64,000 nt of DNA from Clostridia bacterium (GTDB lineage: Bacteria; Bacillota; Clostridia; Christensenellales; UBA1242): assembly GCA_017478185.1 (NCBI GenBank), contig JAFVEA010000009.1, forward strand, positions 261,264 through 325,263, written 5' to 3'. Numbering within the stretch: position 1 is the first letter of the stretch; each line of letters opens with the position of its first letter. The notes under the pieces are model-generated. The model was not told the origin of the DNA, ran no database searches, and worked only from the letters and a program-made list of their open reading frames with translations. Made by a program: the position numbers and the translations under genes. This document shows, piece after piece, positions 1-8,939 of this stretch.

Positions 1-14
1 TGATAAATATTCCA

Positions 15-215
15 TTATTTTTCCTCCTCGGTAAAAAGTTTATATAATTCATCCATATTTATATAATAATCGTTTTTAATGCGAACATTTGTTAAAATAC
101 CAGCTCTTAAAAGATGATACATTTGTAAAGAACTAAAATAACTATTTATTCTTTTATTTATTCTTTTAATTTCTTTTACAGCATCTTTTAATTTTTTAAA
201 TCTAGGTATATACAT
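15..215 (-). CDS. small basic protein downstream of integrase, possible HTH_17/excisionase-like DNA binder
   Basis: 66-aa ORF abutting the integrase stop. The segment LLRAGILTNVRIKNDYYINMDELYKLF resembles MerR/excisionase-type HTH. No stronger signature. Confidence 0.4.
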   Translation of the reverse strand: MYIPRFKKLKDAVKEIKRINKRINSYFSSLQMYHLLRAGILTNVRIKNDYYINMDELYKLFTEEEK

Positions 216-1598
216 TTATATATTCTCCTTTATTATATTGTTGAGTGCGTTTACAGCCTGTGTTTGTGTTTCTGGCATAAAGTGGCTATAAACCTTAAGT
301 GTTACAGCAGAATCACTGTGTCCCATATATCTACTTACTGTTTGAATAGGAACATTTTGTGATAATAACATGCTGCAATAAGTGTGTCTAAGTCCATGGC
401 AAGTAACTAATCTTAAATTATTCTTTGATTCAAATTCTTTTAACCATTTATTTAAGTTTTTAGGGTCTATTGGTTCTCGGCAAAGATTTACACAAAGATA
501 ATATTTATCTGGTTTATTATCAAAATTATCATCCATAATTCTAAACCATTCTTTATATTCATTTAGTGCTTTTAAAAGATAATCAGGTATTGGAACATCT
601 CTAATTGAGGTTTTTGTTTTTGGGTCTTTTTCATAAACACCAACACTTGAATCATAGTATCTAGACCTTGTTACATGAATAATTTTTTTGTTGAAATCAA
701 TATCCGACCATTTTAGTCCGTGAACTTCACCATTACGGAGACCAGCAAACAACATAATTTTTATAGGAATAACTCTGTTTGGTTCAATTTCCTTTATTCT
801 ATCTAAAGCTTCTAAAAATGGATGTATTTCATCTAGTGATAGAACCTCTTTCTCGGTTATTGCCCGAAGTGTTCCGTTATTTCCTGTTGCTGTTACTTTT
901 GTATAGCAAACGGGGTTTTTATATATCCATTCAAATCTTATCGCTTCATTAAAGATTGTTCTTAAAATTCTGCGATATCCTTTGATTGTTGTTACTGAGT
1001 ACTGAAAAGTTGTTTTTAGTATTTCAAAATCTTTTTCAAAACTTAATTTATTCTTTTTACAAAAATTTAAAGCTTCAGACATACTCCAACTATTGTTTTT
1101 AACTTTTACTCTTAATGGAATATCAAAAGAGGCTTCTTTTTTAAGTTTGTATGTTGGATATCTCAATTTTCTTTCTTCGGCTGTTGTGTTTAAAAAGAGT
1201 TGAACATCACGGACTTTTATGTCTGAAATTGGTTTTTCATCCATATAGTGTTCTTGAAGAAAAATATTGAATTTTTCTATAACCGTTTTGGCTCTGGTGT
1301 AGTAATTTATGGACAAATTTCTTTTGATGCCAGCAAGCCATTCATTAGCAAGCTCATTAAAAGTTAAGACTCTTAAATTATCTTTTGCTTTTTCTTTTAA
1401 TAGTTCGTGTGTTTCTTCTTCAAATTTATAAGCTTCTTTTTCTACAAACTTTTTAAATTTTGCCTCAGTTAGCTTTTCTTCGTTGTGTATTCTTTTGCTT
1501 GTTATTTTGTGTTTTCCTGTTCTTAAATCCTTAAAGCTTACTCTAACATTTGCATACAAATTACCTTTCTTATCTTTTTCTATTGTATAGTAAGCCAA
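216..1598 (-). CDS. int: tyrosine recombinase / phage-type integrase (Tn916-Int-like)
   Basis: Catalytic signatures AGLRNGEV (Arg I), HGLRHTYCSMLL (box II H-x-x-R) and MGHSDSAVTLKVYSH (catalytic Tyr). TTG start preceded by GGAGGA. Confidence 0.9.
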   Translation of the reverse strand: MAYYTIEKDKKGNLYANVRVSFKDLRTGKHKITSKRIHNEEKLTEAKFKKFVEKEAYKFEEETHELLKEKAKDNLRVLTFNELANEWLAGIKRNLSINYYTRAKTVIEKFNIFLQEHYMDEKPISDIKVRDVQLFLNTTAEERKLRYPTYKLKKEASFDIPLRVKVKNNSWSMSEALNFCKKNKLSFEKDFEILKTTFQYSVTTIKGYRRILRTIFNEAIRFEWIYKNPVCYTKVTATGNNGTLRAITEKEVLSLDEIHPFLEALDRIKEIEPNRVIPIKIMLFAGLRNGEVHGLKWSDIDFNKKIIHVTRSRYYDSSVGVYEKDPKTKTSIRDVPIPDYLLKALNEYKEWFRIMDDNFDNKPDKYYLCVNLCREPIDPKNLNKWLKEFESKNNLRLVTCHGLRHTYCSMLLSQNVPIQTVSRYMGHSDSAVTLKVYSHFMPETQTQAVNALNNIIKENI

Positions 1599-1599
1599 T

Positions 1600-1779
1600 T
1601 TAATTTCCTCCTTCTATGTATTTTAACAAGCTTTCAACATCCACAAGTATTTTTGTGCCAGCGTGGAGATTTTTAATTTTATTTTCTTTGCACCAAACTC
1701 GTATTGTGTGAACAGTAACACAAGTGTCTGGGTCATTTTGCTTGATGATATCAAAAGCTTTTTTTATACTTCTAAGCAT
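1600..1779 (-). CDS. xis: excisionase-like HTH protein (59 aa, below the ORF-track cutoff)
   Basis: My own translation is MLRSIKKAFDIIKQNDPDTCVTVHTIRVWCKENKIKNLHAGTKILVDVESLLKYIEGGN. GGAGGTG SD lies 1 nt upstream of the ATG. The stop lies 1 nt before the int start, in the xis-int order typical of Tn916-like modules. Confidence 0.55.
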   Translation of the reverse strand: MLRSIKKAFDIIKQNDPDTCVTVHTIRVWCKENKIKNLHAGTKILVDVESLLKYIEGGN

Positions 1780-1849
1780 TTTACACCTCCTAAAATTTTT
1801 TCAAATAACATCAAACAAAATTTCTTTCGTTCAGTTATTTTCGTTTTGG

Positions 1850-1912
1850 ATTATAAAATGCGTTTTTGATTTTTGTTAGAAACTTTACATAAACAAAAAC
1901 CAAACAAATATG
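1850..1912 (-). promoter_or_regulatory. promoter-like element copy A (CATATTTGTTTGGTTTTTGT ... AAAGTTTCT-N22-TATAAT) facing xis-int
   Basis: The reverse complement carries the same 20-mer and the same AAAGTTTCT-N22-(-10) arrangement as 3583-3645 and 2205-2241. Confidence 0.4.
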
Positions 1913-2204
1913 GACAGTTTACGAAAAAAGATAAATTTTTCCCAAACTTAATCCAAACTATTTCAACCTCCTTTTAACCACATTGGCAACATTTGCCAAA
2001 TCAAGCAATGGGTGGGCTGTCAAAGAATTAGAAAAATTTAGCATTAGTTCTACATATCTTTTATCTTTTTCCTTTGACAGCACAAACAGGGCTTGATAAA
2101 ATATCAGCCAATAAAACAACTAAACACAAGGAGGTTGTTTTTTGTTTGGGTAGAGTATGGGTAAGTTTGGTTTTTCTATATATTAGTTTTGAAATTGTAT
2201 AGGA

Positions 2205-2241
2205 AAAGTTTCTAACAATTTTTTTAAACTCCAATTATAAT
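2205..2241 (+). promoter_or_regulatory. promoter-like element copy B (AAAGTTTCT-N22-TATAAT)
   Basis: AAAGTTTCTAACAA at 2205 and TATAAT at 2236 with a 22-nt spacing, identical to copies A and C. Confidence 0.35.
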
Positions 2242-2314
2242 GAGGTTGTAACTTTTGGAGGTTAAACATGAAAAGAAATGTTAAAAAGTTCCCACCATAG
2301 TTTTAAAATTATAT

Positions 2315-2328
2315 AGAACAAATGTTCT
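2315..2328. promoter_or_regulatory. LexA (Cheo-box)-like palindrome AGAACAAATGTTCT
   Basis: Perfect GAAC-N4-GTTC, the core of the Gram-positive SOS box, 9 nt upstream of a sigma-A type -35. Confidence 0.4.
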
Positions 2329-2336
2329 AAAAATAC

Positions 2337-2365
2337 TTGACAACCACAAATTTGTGATATATAAT
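2337..2365 (+). promoter_or_regulatory. sigma-A type promoter (TTGACA-17-TATAAT) with internal palindrome CACAAATTTGTG
   Basis: Consensus hexamers with a 17-nt spacer, reading toward the zinc-ribbon/sigma-like genes. Confidence 0.5.
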
Positions 2366-2475
2366 ATAGACAATCGTATTCCACTTACGATAAACTAATG
2401 AAAAGGGAAAAATTATGTATTTTGCAAAAAAAGTAACAAAAAAAACTTAAAAATTTAATAAAAAAGGGGGAATTT

Positions 2476-2649
2476 ATGGAAAATTGCAAACAATACAAAT
2501 TAAAATTCAAATGTCCGGTATGTTCAAACTTTATGAAAATGTTTTTACATAACAGTTCAATTTCAGGACAATGCCCAGTGTGTAAAGCGGTAATTTGTAG
2601 CAAACAAATTTCCTCAAAAGAAAAATTATTAAAAATAAAGAAAGCATAA
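2476..2649 (+). CDS. small zinc-ribbon protein (57 aa, not in ORF track)
   Basis: My own translation is MENCKQYKLKFKCPVCSNFMKMFLHNSSISGQCPVCKAVICSKQISSKEKLLKIKKA. It has two CPVC pairs and an AGGGGGA SD 5 nt upstream. The listed antisense ORF 2385-2675 looks spurious. Confidence 0.5.
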   Translation: MENCKQYKLKFKCPVCSNFMKMFLHNSSISGQCPVCKAVICSKQISSKEKLLKIKKA

Positions 2650-2845
2650 TTTAATACGAAAGCGTTTATAGGCAAAGTAAAGGTCTGGCTGAAACAGTGC
2701 CCAAGGATAAATCCTTCTCACTACCTATAAATAAGGTTCATGTATAAGGGAAAGTTCATCTTAAACCTCTATGAACAGAAGTTCCAATAATTTGGGATTT
2801 TTGTTTGTAGAGGTTTTTTTAATTAAAAAAGAAAAGGAGATAAAA

Positions 2846-3181
2846 ATGATTCAATTAGCAAGTATAAGAAAAGACTTAAAATCAATTAGATATTATTATT
2901 CAAGGAAAGAGGTTTTTGATGCTGTAACTGGAGAAGTTAATCAAAATACAATTATGGAGAAAGTTAGACTTTATAACTTTTTAATAGCAGGAGCGACACC
3001 ACAACTTTATGATGTCTATGTTTCTTTGTATGTCAAGAGTTTAACACAAGAAGGACTTGCTGAAGAACTTGGGTTTACTCCAGAATATATTCAAAAACTT
3101 AATAAAAGATTATTAAAATATCTTCAAAAGCGACTTACTGAAGAACAAGAAAAAAAGGAGGAACAGTCATGTGCAAATTAA
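2846..3181 (+). CDS. sigma-70 region-4-like / ArpU-type transcriptional regulator
   Basis: LTQEGLAEELGFTPEYIQKLNKRLLKYLQKRL is a region-4 type HTH. I moved the start to the ATG after AAGGAGA. Comparable in size to Tn916 Orf7-like and phage late regulators. Confidence 0.5.
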   Translation: MIQLASIRKDLKSIRYYYSRKEVFDAVTGEVNQNTIMEKVRLYNFLIAGATPQLYDVYVSLYVKSLTQEGLAEELGFTPEYIQKLNKRLLKYLQKRLTEEQEKKEEQSCAN

Positions 3182-3414
3182 AAGAAATGCTTTTAGGAGC
3201 AACTAATGTTTACAGAACAAAAGATTTTATTGTAAAGCAATGTATTAACATTAAATATAATAAAGAAGAGAACAATGCATTAGTCAGCAATGATACATAT
3301 ATTGCAAGAAATAAAACTCGTGATAAAGAATATCAAGAGATTTTTAAAGATAGAAAAAATCTTAACGGAAGAAGATTAAAATCATCAATGTTTGCAAGAA
3401 CTTATATAGACTAA
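3169..3414 (+). CDS. hypothetical protein
   Basis: 81-aa ORF overlapping the previous stop, followed by a terminator. Confidence 0.45.
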   Translation: MCKLKEMLLGATNVYRTKDFIVKQCINIKYNKEENNALVSNDTYIARNKTRDKEYQEIFKDRKNLNGRRLKSSMFARTYID

Positions 3415-3420
3415 AAAGAG

Positions 3421-3444
3421 ACAACCAAATTGGTTGTTTTTTTT
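3421..3444 (+). terminator. Rho-independent terminator
   Basis: ACAACCAAATTGGTTGT hairpin followed by a T-run. Confidence 0.7.
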
Positions 3445-3445
3445 G

Positions 3446-3532
3446 TTATCTCCAAAAAACGTGATTTTTGACACCCTTTTTGACACTTTTTTGGAGATAA
3501 AATTTCTAAATCTGCCACTTTTTTGGAGATAA
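3446..3532. repeat. iteron-like short repeats (TTTTTTGGAGATAA x2 direct + 1 inverted; TTTTGACAC x2)
   Basis: TTATCTCCAAAAAA at 3446, TTTTTTGGAGATAA at 3487 and 3519, TTTTTGACAC at 3465 and 3477. Confidence 0.5.
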
Positions 3533-3582
3533 GCTTATTTGGGCTAAGTATATGTAAAGTTTTGATTTGTTTAGAAATTACT

Positions 3583-3645
3583 CATATTTGTTTGGTTTTT
3601 GTAAGGATAAAGTTTCTGGTTTTTCTGCGATTCTTACTATAGAAT
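3583..3645 (+). promoter_or_regulatory. promoter-like element copy C (CATATTTGTTTGGTTTTTGT ... AAAGTTTCT-N22-TAGAAT)
   Basis: The 20-mer is identical to the reverse complement of 1893-1912. It lies upstream of the 3828-9959 operon. Confidence 0.4.
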
Positions 3646-3827
3646 GTGGGTGTAACAAAAACAAGGCAGACAGAAGAACTTGACATAACAAAGTAAGTGG
3701 CCACCTTTGTTAGAAGTTAATGGATAGTATATCTAAAAAAGACCTTTTGAATTTTGTTACAGACAACTTAATAGCTGTGTTATCGGCATATCGGACACTT
3801 TAAAAAATCTAAAAAAAGGAGACTAAA

Positions 3828-4094
3828 ATGGCAAGAGAACAATTTAGAGAAAGAAATTGGAAAGTCCCTAATAAAAGAGCAAAAGATTTCGTTGATGAAC
3901 TTCGCTCTAAAAATCATATGCACGGAGATAAAGAAGGCAAAAAGCTTACTGATTATGAAGCAGGATTCCGTAGTGGATATCTTTTGAACCAATCAGACCG
4001 TGCTGGACTTTACAAGTACATTCAAGCTATCGGAGCGGGAAAATCTAAATCCGAAGCAAAAAGACTTTCTAAGATTATTGGAAAGCACAGATAA
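3828..4094 (+). CDS. small basic hypothetical protein
   Basis: 88-aa ORF with AAGGAGA SD. Lys/Arg-rich, no TM segment. Confidence 0.55.
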   Translation: MAREQFRERNWKVPNKRAKDFVDELRSKNHMHGDKEGKKLTDYEAGFRSGYLLNQSDRAGLYKYIQAIGAGKSKSEAKRLSKIIGKHR

Positions 4095-4120
4095 TTTTTA
4101 AATAAAAAAGGAGATAAAAA

Positions 4121-4468
4121 ATGAACAAGATAAACAAAATTATGGTTGAGAGAGAACCATTCCAGAAAGATGGAAAAAACTATTTCTCATATTTTATAAA
4201 AGGAACAGTTAGAGGAAAAGACATTCGAGTTCTTATAACTCCACCAGACAAAGGTGGTTGGCAAGTTCTTGACATTGTTTTTGGAGATGCTAATGAGGCA
4301 GAACTTGAACTTAAACCTTATGAAATGAAAAATGAAGCAACAGGAGAGGTTATTAAGGGAAATTCTTTTGCTGTTAAGTCTGTTGACGAAAATGGCGAAG
4401 TTTATGAATGTAAAATTAAACCTCTAAGGTCTTCAGATAAAATGCTCTTAAATATGCTAACTAAATAA
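4121..4468 (+). CDS. hypothetical protein, candidate ssDNA-binding (gene-V position) / DUF961-like
   Basis: 115-aa ORF with AAGGAGA SD. Beta-rich, small, and placed before the structural genes. The function is inferred from position only. Confidence 0.3.
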   Translation: MNKINKIMVEREPFQKDGKNYFSYFIKGTVRGKDIRVLITPPDKGGWQVLDIVFGDANEAELELKPYEMKNEATGEVIKGNSFAVKSVDENGEVYECKIKPLRSSDKMLLNMLTK

Positions 4469-4477
4469 TTCAAATAA

Positions 4478-4508
4478 GGCATAGGTGAGTTTGCCTATGC
4501 CTTGTTTT
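4478..4508 (+). terminator. hairpin / attenuating terminator
   Basis: GGCATAGG-N8-CCTATGCC followed by TTGTTTT. Confidence 0.55.
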
Positions 4509-4532
4509 CTATTTTGAAAAAAGGAGGAAAAA

Positions 4533-6602
4533 ATGGCAATTACTGATTTTATTGTTGGTGCAGTTATTGGATTAGTTGTAGCTTTAATTGTCGTTCTCAT
4601 TCTTCAAAACACAGTGTTAAAAGGAAAAAACATGGCTCTTTTGTATGCTATTATGTTTATTCTTTTTGCTGTTGCTGGTGGATTTATTCAGAAATCAACT
4701 TTTTCAAAAGTTGAAGCTGCTGGTTATACGCCAACGCCTCAGGAGCAAATAAAAGATGTTACTGATGCTATTGGTGATAACTGGAAAAACACAAATGGTG
4801 GTTTTACTTTTGAACAAATTCAAAAAGCTCAAGAAGATAGTGAAGCGCCTTTTCATGATGACCAAATAATTAATCTTACTTGTTATGATTTTGGTTCATA
4901 TATTGTCTTTGGTTTTAAAGATGGTAGTAAATACCAAAATATGCTTTTCTATAAATCTAATGATGGGCTAATTTTGGATGGAATAATTAACAAACATATT
5001 GCGATACCAGGTGTGAAATGGTTTTTGGCTTATGATTTAAACACTTTTAAGTGGATTGACCATCAAGACCATGAACCAACTTACGAAAAAAATCACCACT
5101 GGCTTTGGGGTGATTATGACACACTTTGTTCAATGTCTAGAAGCATTCCACAATTCCTAGAATATAGTGGTTATGCACTAACAAACAAAGATGAAACATT
5201 TAAGTATTGCTTTAAAAACATTGCTAATCTTACAGGTAAAAATGCAACTTCATATTTTATTAAGTTTGGAGATGTTGAGTTAATTGGAACGAATGCAACT
5301 GGATATACAAAAATAAATGGTTTTTACAACTATTTATATGAACAAATCAAAGGTGAGCAATATAACACAACAAAACTTATTGATGGTTCGCAATGTTTGT
5401 GTTTGCCAATTCCACAGGACTTACAAAGGAATTATCCAATAAGTCCAAGTAAGAAAGCTGAATATGGTAACAAAGATTATTATGGTGTTTATCGACTAAA
5501 CATTGCAGTTAATCTTAGTTTCAAACAGGGTAGTAATTCACTTACTTCAACTGTTAAGAATGAAGAATATGTTAACACTTTAAAGAACGATAGAAATTAT
5601 CAAGAACAAGTTGCTGTTGAAAAAATAACACCAGCAACAATATATTCAAAGCTAGATCTATCTTTTGTGGATGAAAGACAAAGTGATTTATCACAAGTTG
5701 ATTTACTACAAAATCCAGTTAAAATCACATTCACTTGCTCAGATAGCAGTCAAACAAAGGTTGTATTGATTGATAATATTGCAAAACTTAATAGTGGACT
5801 TACACTTTTATTATCTAAAAATGTTACATGGAATTATTTGATTGAAAGTGAAAAGCTGATTTTTGATAATTTCAGAGGCTCATTTACGATAAAAAGTGAT
5901 GTAACTAATATGTCTATGTCTTATTATTATCTAAACAATTATACTATTGCATCTGTTGGGTTAAATCCAGTAGGCACAATAGACACAAGTGAGATTGATT
6001 TACTCAATAATCCAGTAAAGATTATTCTTTCAAATGATGACCACACTTATCAATTTAGTTTTGATAGTAACAGTGATTTGAATGTATATAAGAATTTGCT
6101 TGTTGAAATGGGAACATATAACTACACAATTCTTTCTAAACAACTAATTTTTGCAAGTGTTACTGGAACTCTTACAATCACAACAACAGATAAAGTAATG
6201 CTCTTTAATTATACACTTGGAGTTAAAGAAGCATTAAGTTTTAATGTTTCACTATATAAATACAGCACAACAAACAATCAATTCTATTTGTATAGTGATG
6301 CATCAAATGTAACTCTTATTAGAGATACATTATCAAGTGCAAAAATTTATGTTGTAAACTGTGTTATTTACGATAATGATGGTCGTATTATGGAGAACTT
6401 TAATCATACTCATCAAAGTACTGGAACTTGTTCTGCTAGTTGGAATGCGAGTCATTTAGTTGCTGGGCAAACATATACTCTTCAACTTAGATTCACAGAC
6501 CAAAACGATTCTACGAAAACATATTTATCTGATATAACAACATTTACATTTCAAAACAATTACGGGTATAGGGTAACTTATACTGCAACAAGAAATAATT
6601 AA
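4533..6602 (+). CDS. large membrane-anchored protein (two N-terminal hydrophobic helices, beta-rich ectodomain); candidate adsorption/minor coat protein
   Basis: 689 aa. The N-terminus is MAITDFIVGAVIGLVVALIVVLILQ followed by MALLYAIMFILFAVAGGFI. No recognisable catalytic motif. Confidence 0.6.
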   Translation: MAITDFIVGAVIGLVVALIVVLILQNTVLKGKNMALLYAIMFILFAVAGGFIQKSTFSKVEAAGYTPTPQEQIKDVTDAIGDNWKNTNGGFTFEQIQKAQEDSEAPFHDDQIINLTCYDFGSYIVFGFKDGSKYQNMLFYKSNDGLILDGIINKHIAIPGVKWFLAYDLNTFKWIDHQDHEPTYEKNHHWLWGDYDTLCSMSRSIPQFLEYSGYALTNKDETFKYCFKNIANLTGKNATSYFIKFGDVELIGTNATGYTKINGFYNYLYEQIKGEQYNTTKLIDGSQCLCLPIPQDLQRNYPISPSKKAEYGNKDYYGVYRLNIAVNLSFKQGSNSLTSTVKNEEYVNTLKNDRNYQEQVAVEKITPATIYSKLDLSFVDERQSDLSQVDLLQNPVKITFTCSDSSQTKVVLIDNIAKLNSGLTLLLSKNVTWNYLIESEKLIFDNFRGSFTIKSDVTNMSMSYYYLNNYTIASVGLNPVGTIDTSEIDLLNNPVKIILSNDDHTYQFSFDSNSDLNVYKNLLVEMGTYNYTILSKQLIFASVTGTLTITTTDKVMLFNYTLGVKEALSFNVSLYKYSTTNNQFYLYSDASNVTLIRDTLSSAKIYVVNCVIYDNDGRIMENFNHTHQSTGTCSASWNASHLVAGQTYTLQLRFTDQNDSTKTYLSDITTFTFQNNYGYRVTYTATRNN

Positions 6603-6616
6603 AAGGAGAAAAATAA

Positions 6617-7825
6617 ATGGATACAGTTAAAAATGTATTTTTAAGTATTGGATGTGTGGCTTTTGCTTTTGTTGTAGCTCTTTGTGTTTTAATGTGTGTT
6701 CCTTCAACAAGAACTGGGATATACAGAATGCTTAATGTTGCATCAATAGGTGAGCAAACACAAATTGCAGATGAAAAAACAGAGCTTTACATTCAAACAC
6801 AAACATATAGAGTTCAGCTTGAAAGTTTGAATCAAGAAAAATCAAGAATTGAACGGGAGCTTGAACGTTTGCAAGAAGATTATGATGAAGGTGTTGCTAT
6901 GCTTGCTGAATATCAAACAACAATAACAAATCTTAATCAGGAGCTTGCAGATGCAAACAATGATAACAATAACTTGCAAAATCAAATTGTAGGGCTTAAT
7001 GTTAGTATTCAAAATCTAAACAACCAAATTGATGGTTATGTTTCACAAATTGATACACTTAACAATGACCTTAATGATTTAAATGTTCAATATGATTCTT
7101 TATATTCTCAATTAGAGTTTATAACTCAACAAAAAGAGGATTTAATTAGTCAAAATACTATTCTTTCAAATGAGGTTTCTCATTTAAATAATCATATTGT
7201 TGGTTTAAATAATTCAATTTTTGACCTTGAGAATAGAATTCAAACTCAAAATGATAGAATTATGTCTTTAGAGGACACAATTTCAGTACTCAATATGGAG
7301 ATTCAAGACTTGAATGAACAACTTTGGCAATATCAAAGTGAACCATTAGTTATAACAAGACATGATGAATTTAATGTTTTGTGTGCAAGTCGTGTTGAAA
7401 ATGAATTACCTTGTTGGGATGCTGCTAATTCTTTTGATGTTGAGGATGAGTTCGTTAGAACTGGTTATCAAATCAAAAATGAATGGCTTAGTAAATATTC
7501 TTTATTAAATGAGAGCATTCAACACAGTTTTGAGCTTGGTTATAATCCTATTTTGCAATATTATGTGTCTGTTGTCGCAAGCTCAGGAAATTACAAAGCA
7601 GACGAGGATGTTTTCGTTCTTGAAAGAAGATTTGAACCAGAATACACATTCTCTGTTGATGGAGCAATCGATGATGAGGTTATGAGTATTGAAGATTTCG
7701 AAAATGCTTTAGTAGATGATTGCAATTATTTATTTACTGTTGAAATTGCAAATAGTTGGAATTATGAAACAGGTAGAGTGGCTAATTTGAGTGTTCATGT
7801 TAGGGTTTATACAGAGTGGCAATAA
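6617..7825 (+). CDS. N-terminally anchored coiled-coil protein
   Basis: 402 aa. TM segment VFLSIGCVAFAFVVALCVLMCV, then about 200 aa of N/Q/L/E heptad-like sequence and a globular C-terminus. Confidence 0.6.
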   Translation: MDTVKNVFLSIGCVAFAFVVALCVLMCVPSTRTGIYRMLNVASIGEQTQIADEKTELYIQTQTYRVQLESLNQEKSRIERELERLQEDYDEGVAMLAEYQTTITNLNQELADANNDNNNLQNQIVGLNVSIQNLNNQIDGYVSQIDTLNNDLNDLNVQYDSLYSQLEFITQQKEDLISQNTILSNEVSHLNNHIVGLNNSIFDLENRIQTQNDRIMSLEDTISVLNMEIQDLNEQLWQYQSEPLVITRHDEFNVLCASRVENELPCWDAANSFDVEDEFVRTGYQIKNEWLSKYSLLNESIQHSFELGYNPILQYYVSVVASSGNYKADEDVFVLERRFEPEYTFSVDGAIDDEVMSIEDFENALVDDCNYLFTVEIANSWNYETGRVANLSVHVRVYTEWQ

Positions 7826-8649
7826 CTATAATATTTGCACCACCAAGAACTGGTAAAACTTCATTTATGTCTTATTTGCTTAATTGTTATGCTTTTGATA
7901 AAGAAAGAAACAAGAGTATGCGTCAGGAAATTCAGCAGAAAAATCAAAATGGTTTTAAGCTTAGCATTCCAAAGCACTGTGTTTCTGCGAATTATAATTT
8001 AACTTTTTCAAAATTTGGTTATAGTAAAAGGCATAACAGATTGATAAATCCATTTAAGTTGGGTTTTAAGAATGATTTTGTGAAAACTCATTTTAATTAC
8101 CCATATGAAGTTATTGGAATTACTGAAGCCCAAAAATACTTAAATAGTAGAATGGCCATGTATTTTCCAGAGTGGCAGTCCAGGTGGTATGAACAACATG
8201 GACATAATCATTTAGAGATTTTATTAGACACTCAAAGACCGAATTTAATTGATGTGAATATTCGAGAAATTTCACAATTTATTGAAATACTTAACTTAAA
8301 AATATGTTATAACAAGTTTGGAAAGATTAGTAAAATGAAATGGACTATTAGGAAAATTGATAATTCAAGTCTATTTGAGAAATATATGTCTAGTGGCAAG
8401 AAAGATAAAAGTTGTTATAAACAAGAAACTGTTGTTGCTCATTTTGATGTTTTCTCAATTTACTCAAGTGAATGTTGTAAACCAAAGTTTTATGACGGAC
8501 ATTTTGAAGAAGATTTTGATATTCAAGAAAGCAAAACAACAGAAGAAAGCTTTTTAGGGTTTGTTAAATTCTTAGATGAGTTCGATGATGAAATGCCGGA
8601 AGGATTTTATCAGCCTAAAACTGTAAAGAAGAAGAAAGATGAACTATAA
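7816..8649 (+). CDS. Zot-like (filamentous-phage pI-type) P-loop NTPase
   Basis: Walker A APPRTGKTS, Walker-B-like VIGITEAQ, and the Zot-family block HGHNHLEILLDTQRPNLIDVNIRE (compare HRH-G-D-TQ). Overlaps the upstream stop. No TM helix seen. Confidence 0.7.
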   Translation: MAITIIFAPPRTGKTSFMSYLLNCYAFDKERNKSMRQEIQQKNQNGFKLSIPKHCVSANYNLTFSKFGYSKRHNRLINPFKLGFKNDFVKTHFNYPYEVIGITEAQKYLNSRMAMYFPEWQSRWYEQHGHNHLEILLDTQRPNLIDVNIREISQFIEILNLKICYNKFGKISKMKWTIRKIDNSSLFEKYMSSGKKDKSCYKQETVVAHFDVFSIYSSECCKPKFYDGHFEEDFDIQESKTTEESFLGFVKFLDEFDDEMPEGFYQPKTVKKKKDEL

Positions 8650-8938
8650 CAAGAATAAACTTATCAACATAACCCTAGACAAGTATTATGAAACTTTTTC
8701 ACACACACTAGATACATATGATTTTGTACCAGAAAAGTACAATACAAAAGTATGTAAATATATTTTTAAGAATATGAAAAAATCCTTTAAGAAGATTGAT
8801 AAGGAAGATAGGATTTATCAGCGAATGCTTAAGCGTAAAGAAAAAGAAAAGCAAAAAGCATTAAAGCCAAAGCAAAGTTTCTTCCAAAGATTATTTAAAA
8901 GAAATAATCAAACAAATTCTAATTTAAAGGAGGATTAA
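8639..8938 (+). CDS. hypothetical basic protein
   Basis: 99-aa ORF overlapping the Zot-like stop. Lys-rich C-terminus. Confidence 0.5.
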   Translation: MNYNKNKLINITLDKYYETFSHTLDTYDFVPEKYNTKVCKYIFKNMKKSFKKIDKEDRIYQRMLKRKEKEKQKALKPKQSFFQRLFKRNNQTNSNLKED

Positions 8939-8939
8939 A

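Noticed and set aside
1663-1869. Listed 68-aa plus-strand ORF
   Set aside because: Low-complexity junk-like sequence with no SD. The opposite strand encodes a convincing 59-aa excisionase-like ORF with an SD and coupling to int.
2268-2300. 10-codon mini-ORF MKRNVKKFPP with a strong GGAGG SD
   Set aside because: Possibly a leader peptide, but it is too short to support, and no obvious attenuator structure follows.
2385-2675. Listed 96-aa minus-strand ORF
   Set aside because: It is antisense to a better-supported zinc-ribbon ORF (2476-2649) that has an SD. Its composition is Phe/Ile/Asn-rich, typical of AT-rich antisense frames.
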